Source: an uncultured bacterium
GTDB lineage: Bacteria > Verrucomicrobiota > Kiritimatiellia > CAIVKH01
NCBI GenBank assembly: GCA_903906425.1
Contig: CAIVKH010000193.1
Span: 2,903 to 66,902 of the forward strand
Direction: 5' to 3'
Length of the DNA stretch: 64,000 nucleotides
The translations under genes and the position numbers were made by a program. Shown piece by piece: positions 46,488 through 55,708 of this stretch. Position 1 is the first letter of the stretch, and each line of letters begins with the position of its first letter. The notes beneath the pieces are model-generated. The model ran no database searches. It worked only from the letters and a program-made list of their open reading frames with translations, and was not told the DNA's origin.

Positions 46488-47444
46488 TCAAATCCACTTC
46501 TTGCGCTTCATCATCGTCAGCAGGGCAGCCACGATGACAACGACGACCAGCCAGAAGGCCCCGTAGCTGTATGGCCATTCTGCTTCCGGGATCTTCAGGT
46601 TCATGCCGTAAACTCCGCACAGAAACGTCAACGGCAGGAAGATGATGCTGATCACCGTCAGCCGGCTCATCACGCGGCTCGTGCGATGGCTCACCATGCC
46701 CATGTACAAATTCAGCGACTCCGTCAGCGTGTCGCGCTCGGTCAGCAAGTCATCGCTCAGGCGGTCAAGCGTCCCAGCCATCGTCGCCAGAAACGGCTGC
46801 GTCGTCTCGGAAACGAACGGCGACTTCCGCGTCGCGAGCTGATGCAGAAGTTCGCGCGCCGACCGGACGACGCCGCGAAATGCCAGCAGGTCGGTCGTCA
46901 GCGCGGAGACGCTGCGGAATATCGCGTCGTCCACCGTTCCGAAGAGATTCGTCTGCACCTGCTCCACCGCCGCCGAAAATTCGCGGAGCGAACGGCGGTA
47001 AGCGTCAACCAGGTGATCGCCGATTTCATACAGCAGGAAGCCCGGCGACTTCGCGAATCGCCGGAAATCCTCGCGATAGGTCCCGCGGAGGTGATCGAGA
47101 AATCCGACCGGTTGGCGATGCACCGTCACGAGAAACTTCGCACCGATCACGACATCGGCCAGCGCGGTCACGAGCCGTCCGTTGCGCAGATTTGTTTCGG
47201 TGATCGAAAAATAGAGGCAGTCCTCGAAGACCTCGTAGCGCCCGTCGACGTCCGGCCCGATCACGCCCTCGATGACCGGCTCATTCACGCCGAGGCGTCG
47301 CAGCAGATTTTGCGCTTCCTCCGGATTCTCCGGCACGACATCAACCCACCAATACAGCGGTTTTTCGCGCCAGTCATCGAGCGCCGCCGCGTCCGCGATC
47401 CGGTCCGACTTCGATTCAAAATCGAATTCTACGACGTTGATCAT
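46488..47444 (-). CDS. corA: CorA-family Mg2+/Co2+ transporter
   Basis: LTVISIIFLPLTFLCGVYGMN signature and two C-terminal TMs. Confidence 0.9.
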   Translation of the reverse strand: MINVVEFDFESKSDRIADAAALDDWREKPLYWWVDVVPENPEEAQNLLRRLGVNEPVIEGVIGPDVDGRYEVFEDCLYFSITETNLRNGRLVTALADVVIGAKFLVTVHRQPVGFLDHLRGTYREDFRRFAKSPGFLLYEIGDHLVDAYRRSLREFSAAVEQVQTNLFGTVDDAIFRSVSALTTDLLAFRGVVRSARELLHQLATRKSPFVSETTQPFLATMAGTLDRLSDDLLTERDTLTESLNLYMGMVSHRTSRVMSRLTVISIIFLPLTFLCGVYGMNLKIPEAEWPYSYGAFWLVVVVIVAALLTMMKRKKWI

Positions 47445-48295
47445 GACTCGCCCACTTTGATTTCCATGCCTTCGCGCACAAGCGCGGCCCACGGCCACGC
47501 CCTGTGGACTTCCACATCGAGCGCCACAAGCGATTCATCGCTTCGCGACGGAGCATGATGCGTGACGAGCAATTTCTTCGCGCAGGATTCCTGCGCGACG
47601 CGAATGCAATCCTGCCAAGTGCTGTGGCCCCAGCCCTTGAATTCCGCATATTCGTTGTCGCAATAATGTCCGTCCATCAGCAGCAGCGACACCGGCGACG
47701 GCTCGCGGCACAGCCGCAAAAAATGCGCGCGCTCCTCTTCGTTGGATTCGCCCCACTCCATGTCCGTCGCGATCACACAGGATGCGCCGGATGCCGGCTC
47801 ATCAATTCGATATGCGGTCGAGCCGTCGGGATGATGCAACCCGCACCACCGGATTTGCAGCCCGCCAAAATTTCTTGGCGCGACGGAATTGGAACCGCGC
47901 AGCGTTGTGAACTGGATCCGCGATTTCAGATCTTCGACCTGGAGCGGCCAGAACGGCCGGTGCATCAGGCGCGGAATCACATCGCCCACCAGATGTCCGC
48001 CGCGCTTCGGCGATGCCATTTCGATGTTCCATCGCGGGCTGTAAATCAGCCCCAGCGACGGCAGCCCCGAGACATGATCGAGGTGATAATGTGTGAACAG
48101 CATCAGCAGCGAAGAAATTTCGCGCTCGCCATCGAGGCGAAGGCCGAGCGGCCGCGCGCCGGTGCCCGCGTCCACCAGTACGCGCTCGCCGCGCGCACCC
48201 TCGATCAGAAACGCCGTCGTCTCCCCGCCATATTTCATGAACTCCGGCTGCGCGACCGGCGACGTCCCGCGGCAACCGCCCACAATCAGTTTCAT
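47441..48295 (-). CDS. Metallo-beta-lactamase-fold hydrolase (cyclic-nucleotide phosphodiesterase-like)
   Basis: GCRGT.P, YGGET, DAGTG, THYHLDH, HP, GWGHS, HHAP. Confidence 0.85.
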   Translation of the reverse strand: MKLIVGGCRGTSPVAQPEFMKYGGETTAFLIEGARGERVLVDAGTGARPLGLRLDGEREISSLLMLFTHYHLDHVSGLPSLGLIYSPRWNIEMASPKRGGHLVGDVIPRLMHRPFWPLQVEDLKSRIQFTTLRGSNSVAPRNFGGLQIRWCGLHHPDGSTAYRIDEPASGASCVIATDMEWGESNEEERAHFLRLCREPSPVSLLLMDGHYCDNEYAEFKGWGHSTWQDCIRVAQESCAKKLLVTHHAPSRSDESLVALDVEVHRAWPWAALVREGMEIKVGES

Positions 48296-48340
48296 AACCG
48301 CCTCAAAATTTGATTCCATCCTCGCGGAGAAGAAAGCTTT

Positions 48341-48387
48341 TTCCAATCATTGGAAACCACCGCCCGGCAAATTTCCAATCATTGGAA
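48341..48387. repeat. Palindrome doublet locus 15
   Basis: TTCCAATCATTGGAA at 48341 and 48373, period 32. Confidence 0.95.
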
Positions 48388-48444
48388 AAGACCGCCGGCG
48401 AATCCGCGCCGAGCCACGGCAGCGCAGTCCGCGAAAATTCGCGG

Positions 48445-50556
48445 CTAGCCCTTCTCGGTCAGATTCCAGATTCCGTCCCAGTCCGCGAGCCTGCCGTCGC
48501 GAAGCTCGGCGCAGCGCGCGGCATATTTCTCGGACAGTTGATCGTCCTGGATGGCCGCAAACAGGTCGTGCGCCCCGGCCCACTTCTTCTCGCGGATCAG
48601 CTGCATGGCCCTCGAATGGGTTTCAAATCGCGGTGGTATCGGCTCGCCGGACAGGCCGAGCGGCTGGAAGACGCGCACCGGCGTCGCGCGGCCGACCACG
48701 CGGATCAGCCCGATTTCACGGCCCGGAACCGAACCGTTCAATTGCTGCCACGTGGACTCTGCAACCATGATGTACGTGCCAAACGCCTTGTTCGCGCCTT
48801 CCAGCCGCGATGCCAGATTCGCCGCGTCGCCGAGCATCGTGTAGTTGAAACGCTGCCGCGATCCCATGTTGCCGACGATGACTTCGCCGCTGTTCAGCCC
48901 GATGCGCATGCGCATCGGAAGGCCGGCGGCGCGCCCCTCAAATTCCGCGCGGCGCTCGTCGAGTTTTCGCTGGCAGCGGATCGTCGCGCGCACCGCCCGC
49001 AGCGCATGATCCGCCTGCGACATCGGCGCGTTCCAAAATGCGACGATCGCATCGCCGATGAATTTGTCCACCGTGCCGCCTTCCTCGAAAATTATATCGC
49101 ACGCATCGGAGAGCACGTCGTTCATCAGCGCGGTCAAAACCGGCGGCTCGAGTTTTTCGGAGAAAGTCGAGAATCCCTTGAGATCGGAAAAGAACATCGT
49201 GAGTTCGCGCTTTTCGCCGCCGAGTTGAAGTCTGTCAGGATTGGCGAGCATTTGTTCGATCACGTCGCCGCTGAGGTACTGGCGAAACGCTGATTTGATG
49301 AAGCGCTTTTGTTTGCCTTCGGTCGCGTAGCTCAGAATCACCGCGCCGAGCATCGAGAATCCGCCAGACATCCACGTGAAAACCATCGGCCACCAAAGCC
49401 CGCCGGAATACGCGCCGAAACCGATCGCAAGCGGAACGAGCATGAAACCGGAAAATACGCCGGCGACTTGCGGACCGTTCCGGCAAAAAAGAATCGCAAG
49501 CGCGCCGGAAATAGCGAGCAAGAGGGCCACCGCCGCGACGAGCGGACGCGGCGCATCGCGAAGAAAATCGCCTTCGAGCAAATTGTCCAGAAATGTCGCG
49601 TGAACTTCGACGCCAGGATAATCGCCGCCCGCCGGTGTCGTCTTGAGATCCTTGAGGCCGGGCGCGCTGACGCCAAAGAAGACATAGCAGTCTTTCAGCT
49701 CGGCCGGATCAACAACCGGTTTCTTTCCATCCACGATTCGCAATTCGGACTGGATGATCGCGGCGGCCGGATATTTGTGATGCGTTCCGGTCGGACCGCG
49801 GAAGCGGAGCAACGCTCGTCCCTGACTGTCGAGCGCGATGCGCGTTCCGCCAACCTGCATCACGCCGTTTTCAATTTTGATTTCGCGGTCTTTCGGATCG
49901 CGCGCGGCGAGCCACGAGGCCAGCCCGAGGGATGGCACCGTCTGGCCATCGAAAATTCGGAACGGCGTTGCGCGGCGATAAACTCCGTCATCATCCGGTT
50001 CATCTTTCACACTCGCCAGCATCGCCGCATTCGTTGCGACGGACGGAACAGGAAATGTCGCACCGGGTTCATTGGCTGGAAAAGTCTCCGCTCCCGAAAT
50101 CTTCCAGACCGGCCTGGGAATATTCGCGGTCCAGTTCGTCGTCTGCTTCGCCTGTTTCCCCATGAAGAACACGGCGACAAAATCCTTCTTCTCGCCAATC
50201 TTTGCGCCGAAAGTTTGATCGTCTTCCACGCCTGTCAGCGACGGTTCGGAATAAAGCATGTCGAACGCGATGACCTTCGCGCCGGCGCGCCGGCAAAAAT
50301 CCAACACCGGATTGTAGGCCTGCCGCATCCACGGCCAGGGAAGCGAATTTTCTCTTGCAGCCCAGTCGAGGCTCTCCTGATCAACAACGATGACTTTGAT
50401 CTTTTCCGTGGCAGGCGACGGTTTCCACATTGCGTGAACCCGCCACATCCACGGCGTGGATTCAAAACGGTCAAGCAAACCCGACAGCCAGAGCGCCGCA
50501 ACGAGGAGCGTGGCGGCGAATCCGAGAATCAGTGATTGTGAAATCTTTTTTCGCAT
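48445..50556 (-). CDS. CHASE2-domain class III adenylate cyclase
   Basis: LPWPW.R, DxDGVYR, PGVEVHA CHASE2; 3 TMs; FSDLKGFS, DKFIGDA, YTMLGDAANLASRLEG. Confidence 0.93.
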   Translation of the reverse strand: MRKKISQSLILGFAATLLVAALWLSGLLDRFESTPWMWRVHAMWKPSPATEKIKVIVVDQESLDWAARENSLPWPWMRQAYNPVLDFCRRAGAKVIAFDMLYSEPSLTGVEDDQTFGAKIGEKKDFVAVFFMGKQAKQTTNWTANIPRPVWKISGAETFPANEPGATFPVPSVATNAAMLASVKDEPDDDGVYRRATPFRIFDGQTVPSLGLASWLAARDPKDREIKIENGVMQVGGTRIALDSQGRALLRFRGPTGTHHKYPAAAIIQSELRIVDGKKPVVDPAELKDCYVFFGVSAPGLKDLKTTPAGGDYPGVEVHATFLDNLLEGDFLRDAPRPLVAAVALLLAISGALAILFCRNGPQVAGVFSGFMLVPLAIGFGAYSGGLWWPMVFTWMSGGFSMLGAVILSYATEGKQKRFIKSAFRQYLSGDVIEQMLANPDRLQLGGEKRELTMFFSDLKGFSTFSEKLEPPVLTALMNDVLSDACDIIFEEGGTVDKFIGDAIVAFWNAPMSQADHALRAVRATIRCQRKLDERRAEFEGRAAGLPMRMRIGLNSGEVIVGNMGSRQRFNYTMLGDAANLASRLEGANKAFGTYIMVAESTWQQLNGSVPGREIGLIRVVGRATPVRVFQPLGLSGEPIPPRFETHSRAMQLIREKKWAGAHDLFAAIQDDQLSEKYAARCAELRDGRLADWDGIWNLTEKG

Positions 50557-50624
50557 CGCGCTTTCGTTGTAGCGCCGCCGTGAGGCGGTTCGGGGCCGAC
50601 GCCATCACGGGCGCGCTACGCAGA

Positions 50625-51554
50625 TCAGACGCCCGCCATCGCCGCGGCGAAACGCTGTTGGCGCGCGGCAGGCGCGGGCGCGGCGGCTGCGTTGCCGATG
50701 ATCGAACGCAAATCCTTGATGCGATCACCAGGCGGCGGATGTGTCTTGCCGAATCCGGCTTCGGGTTTGATCTTCGTGCTCATGTTCTGCAACACGGAAA
50801 CCAACGCGTTCGGATCGTAGCCAAGCCGCGACATGATTTTGACGGCGACTTTGTCCGCATCGCGCTCCTGACCGCGCGCGTAGCCGGAGGTGATGAGCTT
50901 CTTCGAAATGTCGCTGATGCTGCCTTCAAACGCAGTCGTCAAATCTTTCAGTTGTTCTCCACCTAGACTCTTTCCAGCCTCGGCGGTGAGGATCGTGAAT
51001 GCGGATGTCCACCGGCTGTTACTGATCGCATTGATGGCATCTTTGTCCTGCACATGACCGACTTCATGTGCGAGCACGGCGGCAAGTTCATCCTCGCTGC
51101 GGCACAGTTTCAGCATTCCGCGCGAGACGAAAATAAAACCGGCGGGCGCGGCAAAGGCGTTGATTTCATCCGTATCCATGATGAGGAAATGATAGCCCTT
51201 GAACGTTTCGGGCCGGTCCGATGCGGCGGCGATGGTCTGGCCGACTTCGTTCAGATACATCGTCGCGGCTTCATTGTTGTAGGGCTTGTATTGTTGCAGG
51301 ATCGTCGCGCCGACCGCGCGGCCCACGTAATATTCCTGCTCCGGCGTGATCTGTTCCATCGCCTTGCCAAACGCTTCGCCGGTTTTGACGATGGATTTCG
51401 CCTGGTCTTGATTGATTGTACCAGTGGCCACGCCGACCGCCGCGACGCCTTGGGAAATTTGCGCACAGCCGCTGATCAAAATTCCGATGGATGCGGCGAG
51501 CGTCGCGATGATCACGAAGCAAACGAGATTTTGATTCGAAGGAAGCTTATTCAT
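50625..51554 (-). CDS. M48 family metallopeptidase lipoprotein
   Basis: Lipobox ISGC; INAFAAP, ELAAVLAHEVGH, E..AD, THP. Confidence 0.88.
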   Translation of the reverse strand: MNKLPSNQNLVCFVIIATLAASIGILISGCAQISQGVAAVGVATGTINQDQAKSIVKTGEAFGKAMEQITPEQEYYVGRAVGATILQQYKPYNNEAATMYLNEVGQTIAAASDRPETFKGYHFLIMDTDEINAFAAPAGFIFVSRGMLKLCRSEDELAAVLAHEVGHVQDKDAINAISNSRWTSAFTILTAEAGKSLGGEQLKDLTTAFEGSISDISKKLITSGYARGQERDADKVAVKIMSRLGYDPNALVSVLQNMSTKIKPEAGFGKTHPPPGDRIKDLRSIIGNAAAAPAPAARQQRFAAAMAGV

Positions 51555-52030
51555 CAGTTGCCTCCCTTCAAACCGCCGGCGCGGAGGAACTGCACCATCT
51601 GCGATTCGCTGACTTTGATTTTTTCCATGTAGTCAATCCACTTGAAGTCGATGTTCGGATTGTTCGCTTTGAACTGGCCCTCGACCTGAGAATTGAATCC
51701 CTTGCCGGCGAGCGCGAGTTCTTCGCCGGACGCGGTCTTGCTGACATCGGTTGATCCGGCTTGCAGCACAATCTTCTTCGTCGAAAGCGATGCCGTCTGC
51801 GTCCAGCCCGTCGCGCCGCTTGCGGTGCGGACCTGCGTCCAAGCGCCCTGCTCGCCGACGACGGTAACTTGATCGCCATACGTCAATGTCGCGAGGGTCT
51901 GCGCGAACGGTCCGGGACTCGCGCGAATGACCGCTTTTTCGCTCTGCACGCTCATCGTGCCGGCCATCGCCGCGCCGGCCCAACTCGTGAGCAAAAGCGC
52001 GAACAGAATTATTTTTATGTTTCGATTCAT
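51554..52030 (-). CDS. Secreted bacterial SH3-domain protein
   Basis: Signal peptide; IRASP..L.YG..V.V...GAW.QV....TGW; ALAGKGF. Confidence 0.82.
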   Translation of the reverse strand: MNRNIKIILFALLLTSWAGAAMAGTMSVQSEKAVIRASPGPFAQTLATLTYGDQVTVVGEQGAWTQVRTASGATGWTQTASLSTKKIVLQAGSTDVSKTASGEELALAGKGFNSQVEGQFKANNPNIDFKWIDYMEKIKVSESQMVQFLRAGGLKGGN

Positions 52031-52075
52031 TTTCCACCTTTTGAAGATCGTCATTTGGACGCCGCAAAATATCGG

Positions 52076-53047
52076 TTATTCAGTCACCGGTTCAACAGAC
52101 TTCTTGATTTGCTCGAACAGCGCGGCGATCTGGCCGCGAAGCTCCGCGGACTTCGCTTCATCCGCAGCCTTGAACGCTTCATCAATGCAGGCGAGCGCGG
52201 CGACGCGGTCGTTCTGCCCGAAATAACTTCGCGCTGCGCGATAAAACCGGTCGGCGGCATCGGCGGATTTTTTCGCGGCCTGCCAGGCCGCGCCGGCGGC
52301 GCGGAGGTTGTCGGCCATTTCGCGAATATTGCCGGCAGTGCGCCAGCCGTCCGCGGCCTGATCAAATTTTCCGGCAGCTTTTCCCGCGTCGGATTTCTGC
52401 AACAGCTTTCCTTCGGCGGCAGCGACGCGGGCGTTCATCGTGGCGCTGTGACTTTTTTCGGCGCGCCGCTGCGCCATTTTCAGCAACCGCTGAGCTTCGT
52501 CCAAATCGCCGTGCTGAACCGCGAGATCAAGCTGGACGAGGAGCACGTCGAGTTGCGCGACATCGGATTTTGCGGCGGCGAAAGCGTTCGATGCGAGCGC
52601 CGTTGCCTCCGCGGCCTGGCCGAGCGCAGACGCGGTCATCGCCTGCAAAACGAGAACCGGCTCGCGGTCCATTCCGGCGCGTTCGAATTCGCGTCCGGCT
52701 TCGACGAGCAGCGGCGACGCGGACGAGGGATGGCCGGAGCGCAGGTGACACGCGGCGGCGTTGTAGGCATTGCGCGCGATTTCCGCGCTGTCGTCGAGCG
52801 CACGGGCGCGGGCCAGCGCAAGTTCGTAACATTTCGCCGCGCGCAAAAAGTTTCCGCTCTGGTAAGCGGCCTGCGCCGATTTCACGCTCTGCGCAATCTG
52901 CGCGTCGGTGACGGGGCCGGTCGCCTCGAATTTCTTTACGGTTCCGCAGGCGGCGATCAGAAAAATGGCTGCGAGAGTTCCAATGATTGGAAATGTCCGC
53001 GACGCAAATTTCCAATGATTGGAAAATTCTTTCGCGGCGCGGTTCAT
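52076..53047 (-). CDS. TPR-like helical lipoprotein whose signal peptide contains a palindrome doublet
   Basis: GGAGG RBS, ATGA overlap with mlaD stop, lipobox IAAC, Ala-rich helical repeats. Confidence 0.78.
   Translation of the reverse strand: MNRAAKEFSNHWKFASRTFPIIGTLAAIFLIAACGTVKKFEATGPVTDAQIAQSVKSAQAAYQSGNFLRAAKCYELALARARALDDSAEIARNAYNAAACHLRSGHPSSASPLLVEAGREFERAGMDREPVLVLQAMTASALGQAAEATALASNAFAAAKSDVAQLDVLLVQLDLAVQHGDLDEAQRLLKMAQRRAEKSHSATMNARVAAAEGKLLQKSDAGKAAGKFDQAADGWRTAGNIREMADNLRAAGAAWQAAKKSADAADRFYRAARSYFGQNDRVAALACIDEAFKAADEAKSAELRGQIAALFEQIKKSVEPVTE
52978..53024. repeat. Palindrome doublet locus 16 (intragenic)
   Basis: TTCCAATGATTGGAA at 52978 and 53010, period 32; inside a CDS. 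Confidence 0.95.
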
Positions 53048-54078
53048 GGCGATTTTCCTCCGGTCGCGGGCGAGCCGACATCGGACGGGGGAATTAATTC
53101 GGTGGGCTTGGGCTGCGGGATGTAGTCGCGGATGAGCCAGTGTTTCTGGATGCCTTCGATCAGCCGCTCGGCTTCGCGCAGAGTTTCCTGCGTTTGCAAA
53201 ACGAGGCCGGGCAGGTCGTCGGCTTCGTGGCCGACTTTCGCGGTCATCGGCGGAAGTTGTGCGGTTGTCTTTTTCACGTCATCGAGAATTTTCTGCACCT
53301 GACCGATTGACTGCTGCGTCTGCGCGATGGTGTCCTGAACTTGTTTGAGAATCGCGTTGATCTGCTCGGCGGTTGCGGGATCACGCAGGAGTTTGCCTAC
53401 GGTGCCTTCGCCGTTGTTGATGCCGGCGGCCATTTGGTGCAGGTCAGCGAGAATCTTCATCAGCGGGCCGTCGTCGCTCTTCATTCGTGCAGTGAGCTGC
53501 TCGACATTGCCGGCAACTTTCATGATCGGGCCGTTGGTATCGCGCAGGTCGGCGGCGAGTCCGCCATATTCCTCGGCGGTGGTGCGAATCTGGCCGAGCA
53601 GCGGGATCGTCGCCTCGCGGACCTGGTTGAGCAGATCTTGTGCGAGTTGCAAAATTTCCGTGTCTTTCTCCGCCACGAGCGTGCCACCGTCCTTGAGCCG
53701 TTCGCCCGTGCCTTTCGTGATGGTGATGAACGCGTCGCCGGCGAGGGCGTAGCGCTTGGCGACTTTTGCTTTCGAGTCGGCGCGGATGAAGCGGAACCAG
53801 TTGCCGGTGATTTTGATTTCGCCGATCATTTTTTCGTTTTCGTCGATGTCGATTTTGTCAACGGTGCCGACGACGGTGTTGAGGATTTCGACCTCGGAAC
53901 CCTTCTTGAGGCCGAGCGAGCCTTCCTCGGGGAACGTCAGCTTGATGGTGTGGACGGGCCTGAACCAGCCCTGATAATGGCCGGCAAAAATTACGCCGGC
54001 AATGAGCAGCAAAATCACGAGCAAAACGAAAGCACCGACGATTTCGTTGACGTATCTAAATTTGAATGGCTTTGCCAT
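53044..54078 (-). CDS. mlaD: MlaD/MCE-domain protein with long helical tail
   Basis: VGAFVL TM, GLKKGSEV.I...VG.V MCE motif, GEGTVGKLL. Confidence 0.85.
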   Translation of the reverse strand: MAKPFKFRYVNEIVGAFVLLVILLLIAGVIFAGHYQGWFRPVHTIKLTFPEEGSLGLKKGSEVEILNTVVGTVDKIDIDENEKMIGEIKITGNWFRFIRADSKAKVAKRYALAGDAFITITKGTGERLKDGGTLVAEKDTEILQLAQDLLNQVREATIPLLGQIRTTAEEYGGLAADLRDTNGPIMKVAGNVEQLTARMKSDDGPLMKILADLHQMAAGINNGEGTVGKLLRDPATAEQINAILKQVQDTIAQTQQSIGQVQKILDDVKKTTAQLPPMTAKVGHEADDLPGLVLQTQETLREAERLIEGIQKHWLIRDYIPQPKPTELIPPSDVGSPATGGKSP

Positions 54079-54079
54079 C

Positions 54080-54793
54080 TCAGTTCTTCTCCATCTCAAC
54101 CAGCCGGCCATCGCTCAGCCGCCAGCGCGACGACGGGTTCGGCGCGGTAATTTGCCACGACTCGCCTTCGCTGACCATCAGCAAGATGGCGGCGCCGTGT
54201 TCACGCGCCCGCGTCACCAACTGTCCGAGCGGCCCCTCCGCATCGCCAGTGATGTCGCGCATGGGGCGACCGAGAATCACCAGCGAAGGTTCGCCGAGAA
54301 ACGCGCGGACCCATTCGAGGCGGCGCAAAATATTCTTCGACACCGACGCCGGACGTCCTTCTGGAATTGGCCAGCAACCGGCGATTGTCGCAAGTTCTTC
54401 GATTTGCTTGCGCGTCTCGGCGTTCAATTCGCCTTGATGATACCGGAAAGAGAGCGTGAGGTTTTCGTCATTGTCGAGATTGCTGACCCAGTTTGAGGCG
54501 ATGCCGTCAAAAACACGCCCAATGCCGCCACGTGCGTGCGCGGCGGCATCGGGCGTCATCACACGCCAATCGACGCCTTGAAAAAATACCGTACCGTTTT
54601 CAATTTCCAGCAAACCGCTGACGACATCGGCGAGTGGAGCGCGGCGAATTTCGTTCGAAAGCTCGACTACGGCCAGTTCACCGGCTTTCAACACGAATTC
54701 ATCCACGGACAGTGCCGAGTCGTATGGAAATTCCGCGGTCACGCGGACGGTGCGCATTTCGACAATCGCTTTTCCGGCGGATGCGTCACGCAT
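54080..54793 (-). CDS. Degenerate ABC ATPase-like protein (MlaF position)
   Basis: ABC scaffold (GL...GTV.F.G, R..IG.VF, ENL.L, P..VS, RA....P) but Walker A/B and signature motifs missing. Confidence 0.7.
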   Translation of the reverse strand: MRDASAGKAIVEMRTVRVTAEFPYDSALSVDEFVLKAGELAVVELSNEIRRAPLADVVSGLLEIENGTVFFQGVDWRVMTPDAAAHARGGIGRVFDGIASNWVSNLDNDENLTLSFRYHQGELNAETRKQIEELATIAGCWPIPEGRPASVSKNILRRLEWVRAFLGEPSLVILGRPMRDITGDAEGPLGQLVTRAREHGAAILLMVSEGESWQITAPNPSSRWRLSDGRLVEMEKN

Positions 54794-55574
54794 AGGTCAT
54801 CACCGAAACAAGGGCGGAGGTTATAAAAAGCGCCGCGGTGGATCTGGCGACGGCGCGCGTGGTCGCCTGCGGAACCTCCGTGATCGAGTTGCGCACGCTC
54901 AAACCCTCGATGCAACAGATGCAGCCCATGAGCAGGCCGGGTATGAAAGATTTGATCACAAGATTCACGATGTCAGCCGGTGCGATGGCGGCGAAGACGC
55001 TTTTCAAAAACAGATCGGGTCCACCGGAGTTTGCGCCAAGAAGCGAACCGCAGAAGTAGCCGCTGAGAAACGACATCACGACGAAAACTACGCTCAGGCA
55101 GAAAGTCGAAATCGCCGCGCCGATGACGCGCGGCAGGACGAGATAAACGAACGGATCGAGTCCCATCGCGTCGAGCAGATGAACCTCCCCGTTGATTTTC
55201 ATGTTGGCCAACTCCGTCGCCATCGCGTTTCCGCTGCGGCCGATGATGACGAAGTTCGTCAGCAGCGGCCCGACTTCTCGAATGATCACGGTGACGAGTA
55301 TCGGCCCCAGCAGTGTTGATTGTCCAAATTTCTGAAGCCACACCTGTGATTCGACGACGACTGCAACGCCGACGAGCAGCGCGATGAGCGACATGAACCG
55401 CCACGCGTCCACGCCGGTGAAAAGAATCTGGCGCGCCAGAACATCACGCGTCGGCTGCCGCCAGTTTTTCGGCCGCAGCGCCATCCAGAACGCAGTCCAT
55501 GCCACGGCCAGCAAATGAAGATTCGATCCCCACTTGTCGCGCGTCTTCGCACCGATGGATGCCAGCATGCTCAT
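54786..55574 (-). CDS. mlaE: MlaE-family ABC permease
   Basis: IREVGPLL, GRSGNAMATEL..M...E...L.AMGLDP..YLVLPR, VPQATT.AV. Confidence 0.92.
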   Translation of the reverse strand: MSMLASIGAKTRDKWGSNLHLLAVAWTAFWMALRPKNWRQPTRDVLARQILFTGVDAWRFMSLIALLVGVAVVVESQVWLQKFGQSTLLGPILVTVIIREVGPLLTNFVIIGRSGNAMATELANMKINGEVHLLDAMGLDPFVYLVLPRVIGAAISTFCLSVVFVVMSFLSGYFCGSLLGANSGGPDLFLKSVFAAIAPADIVNLVIKSFIPGLLMGCICCIEGLSVRNSITEVPQATTRAVARSTAALFITSALVSVMTYA

Positions 55575-55708
55575 GGCGCGCAAAGATGGCGCACTCTCCA
55601 GCAAGGTTCAACTGTGGACTGTCCATTGGAAAATTTTGGAAGGGAGATCACGGTGCGTCTATCACGCCGCGGCGCAGCCGCACAGGCCGGTTCGCGGGCC
55701 GGACGGTT

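Noticed and set aside
15348-48346. Extended N-termini in the ORF track (15348, 18338, 21471, 24420, 29526, 39596, 45405, 48346)
   Set aside because: They start in or run through the palindrome (ATG/TTG inside it, giving FQSLE, SNDWK, PMIG, FPIIG peptides); downstream starts fit the protein families better.
55623-55641. Half-site CCATTGGAAAATTTTGGAA (and TTCCAAT partials near 59722 and 62947)
   Set aside because: Too incomplete to count as family members; possibly decayed copies.
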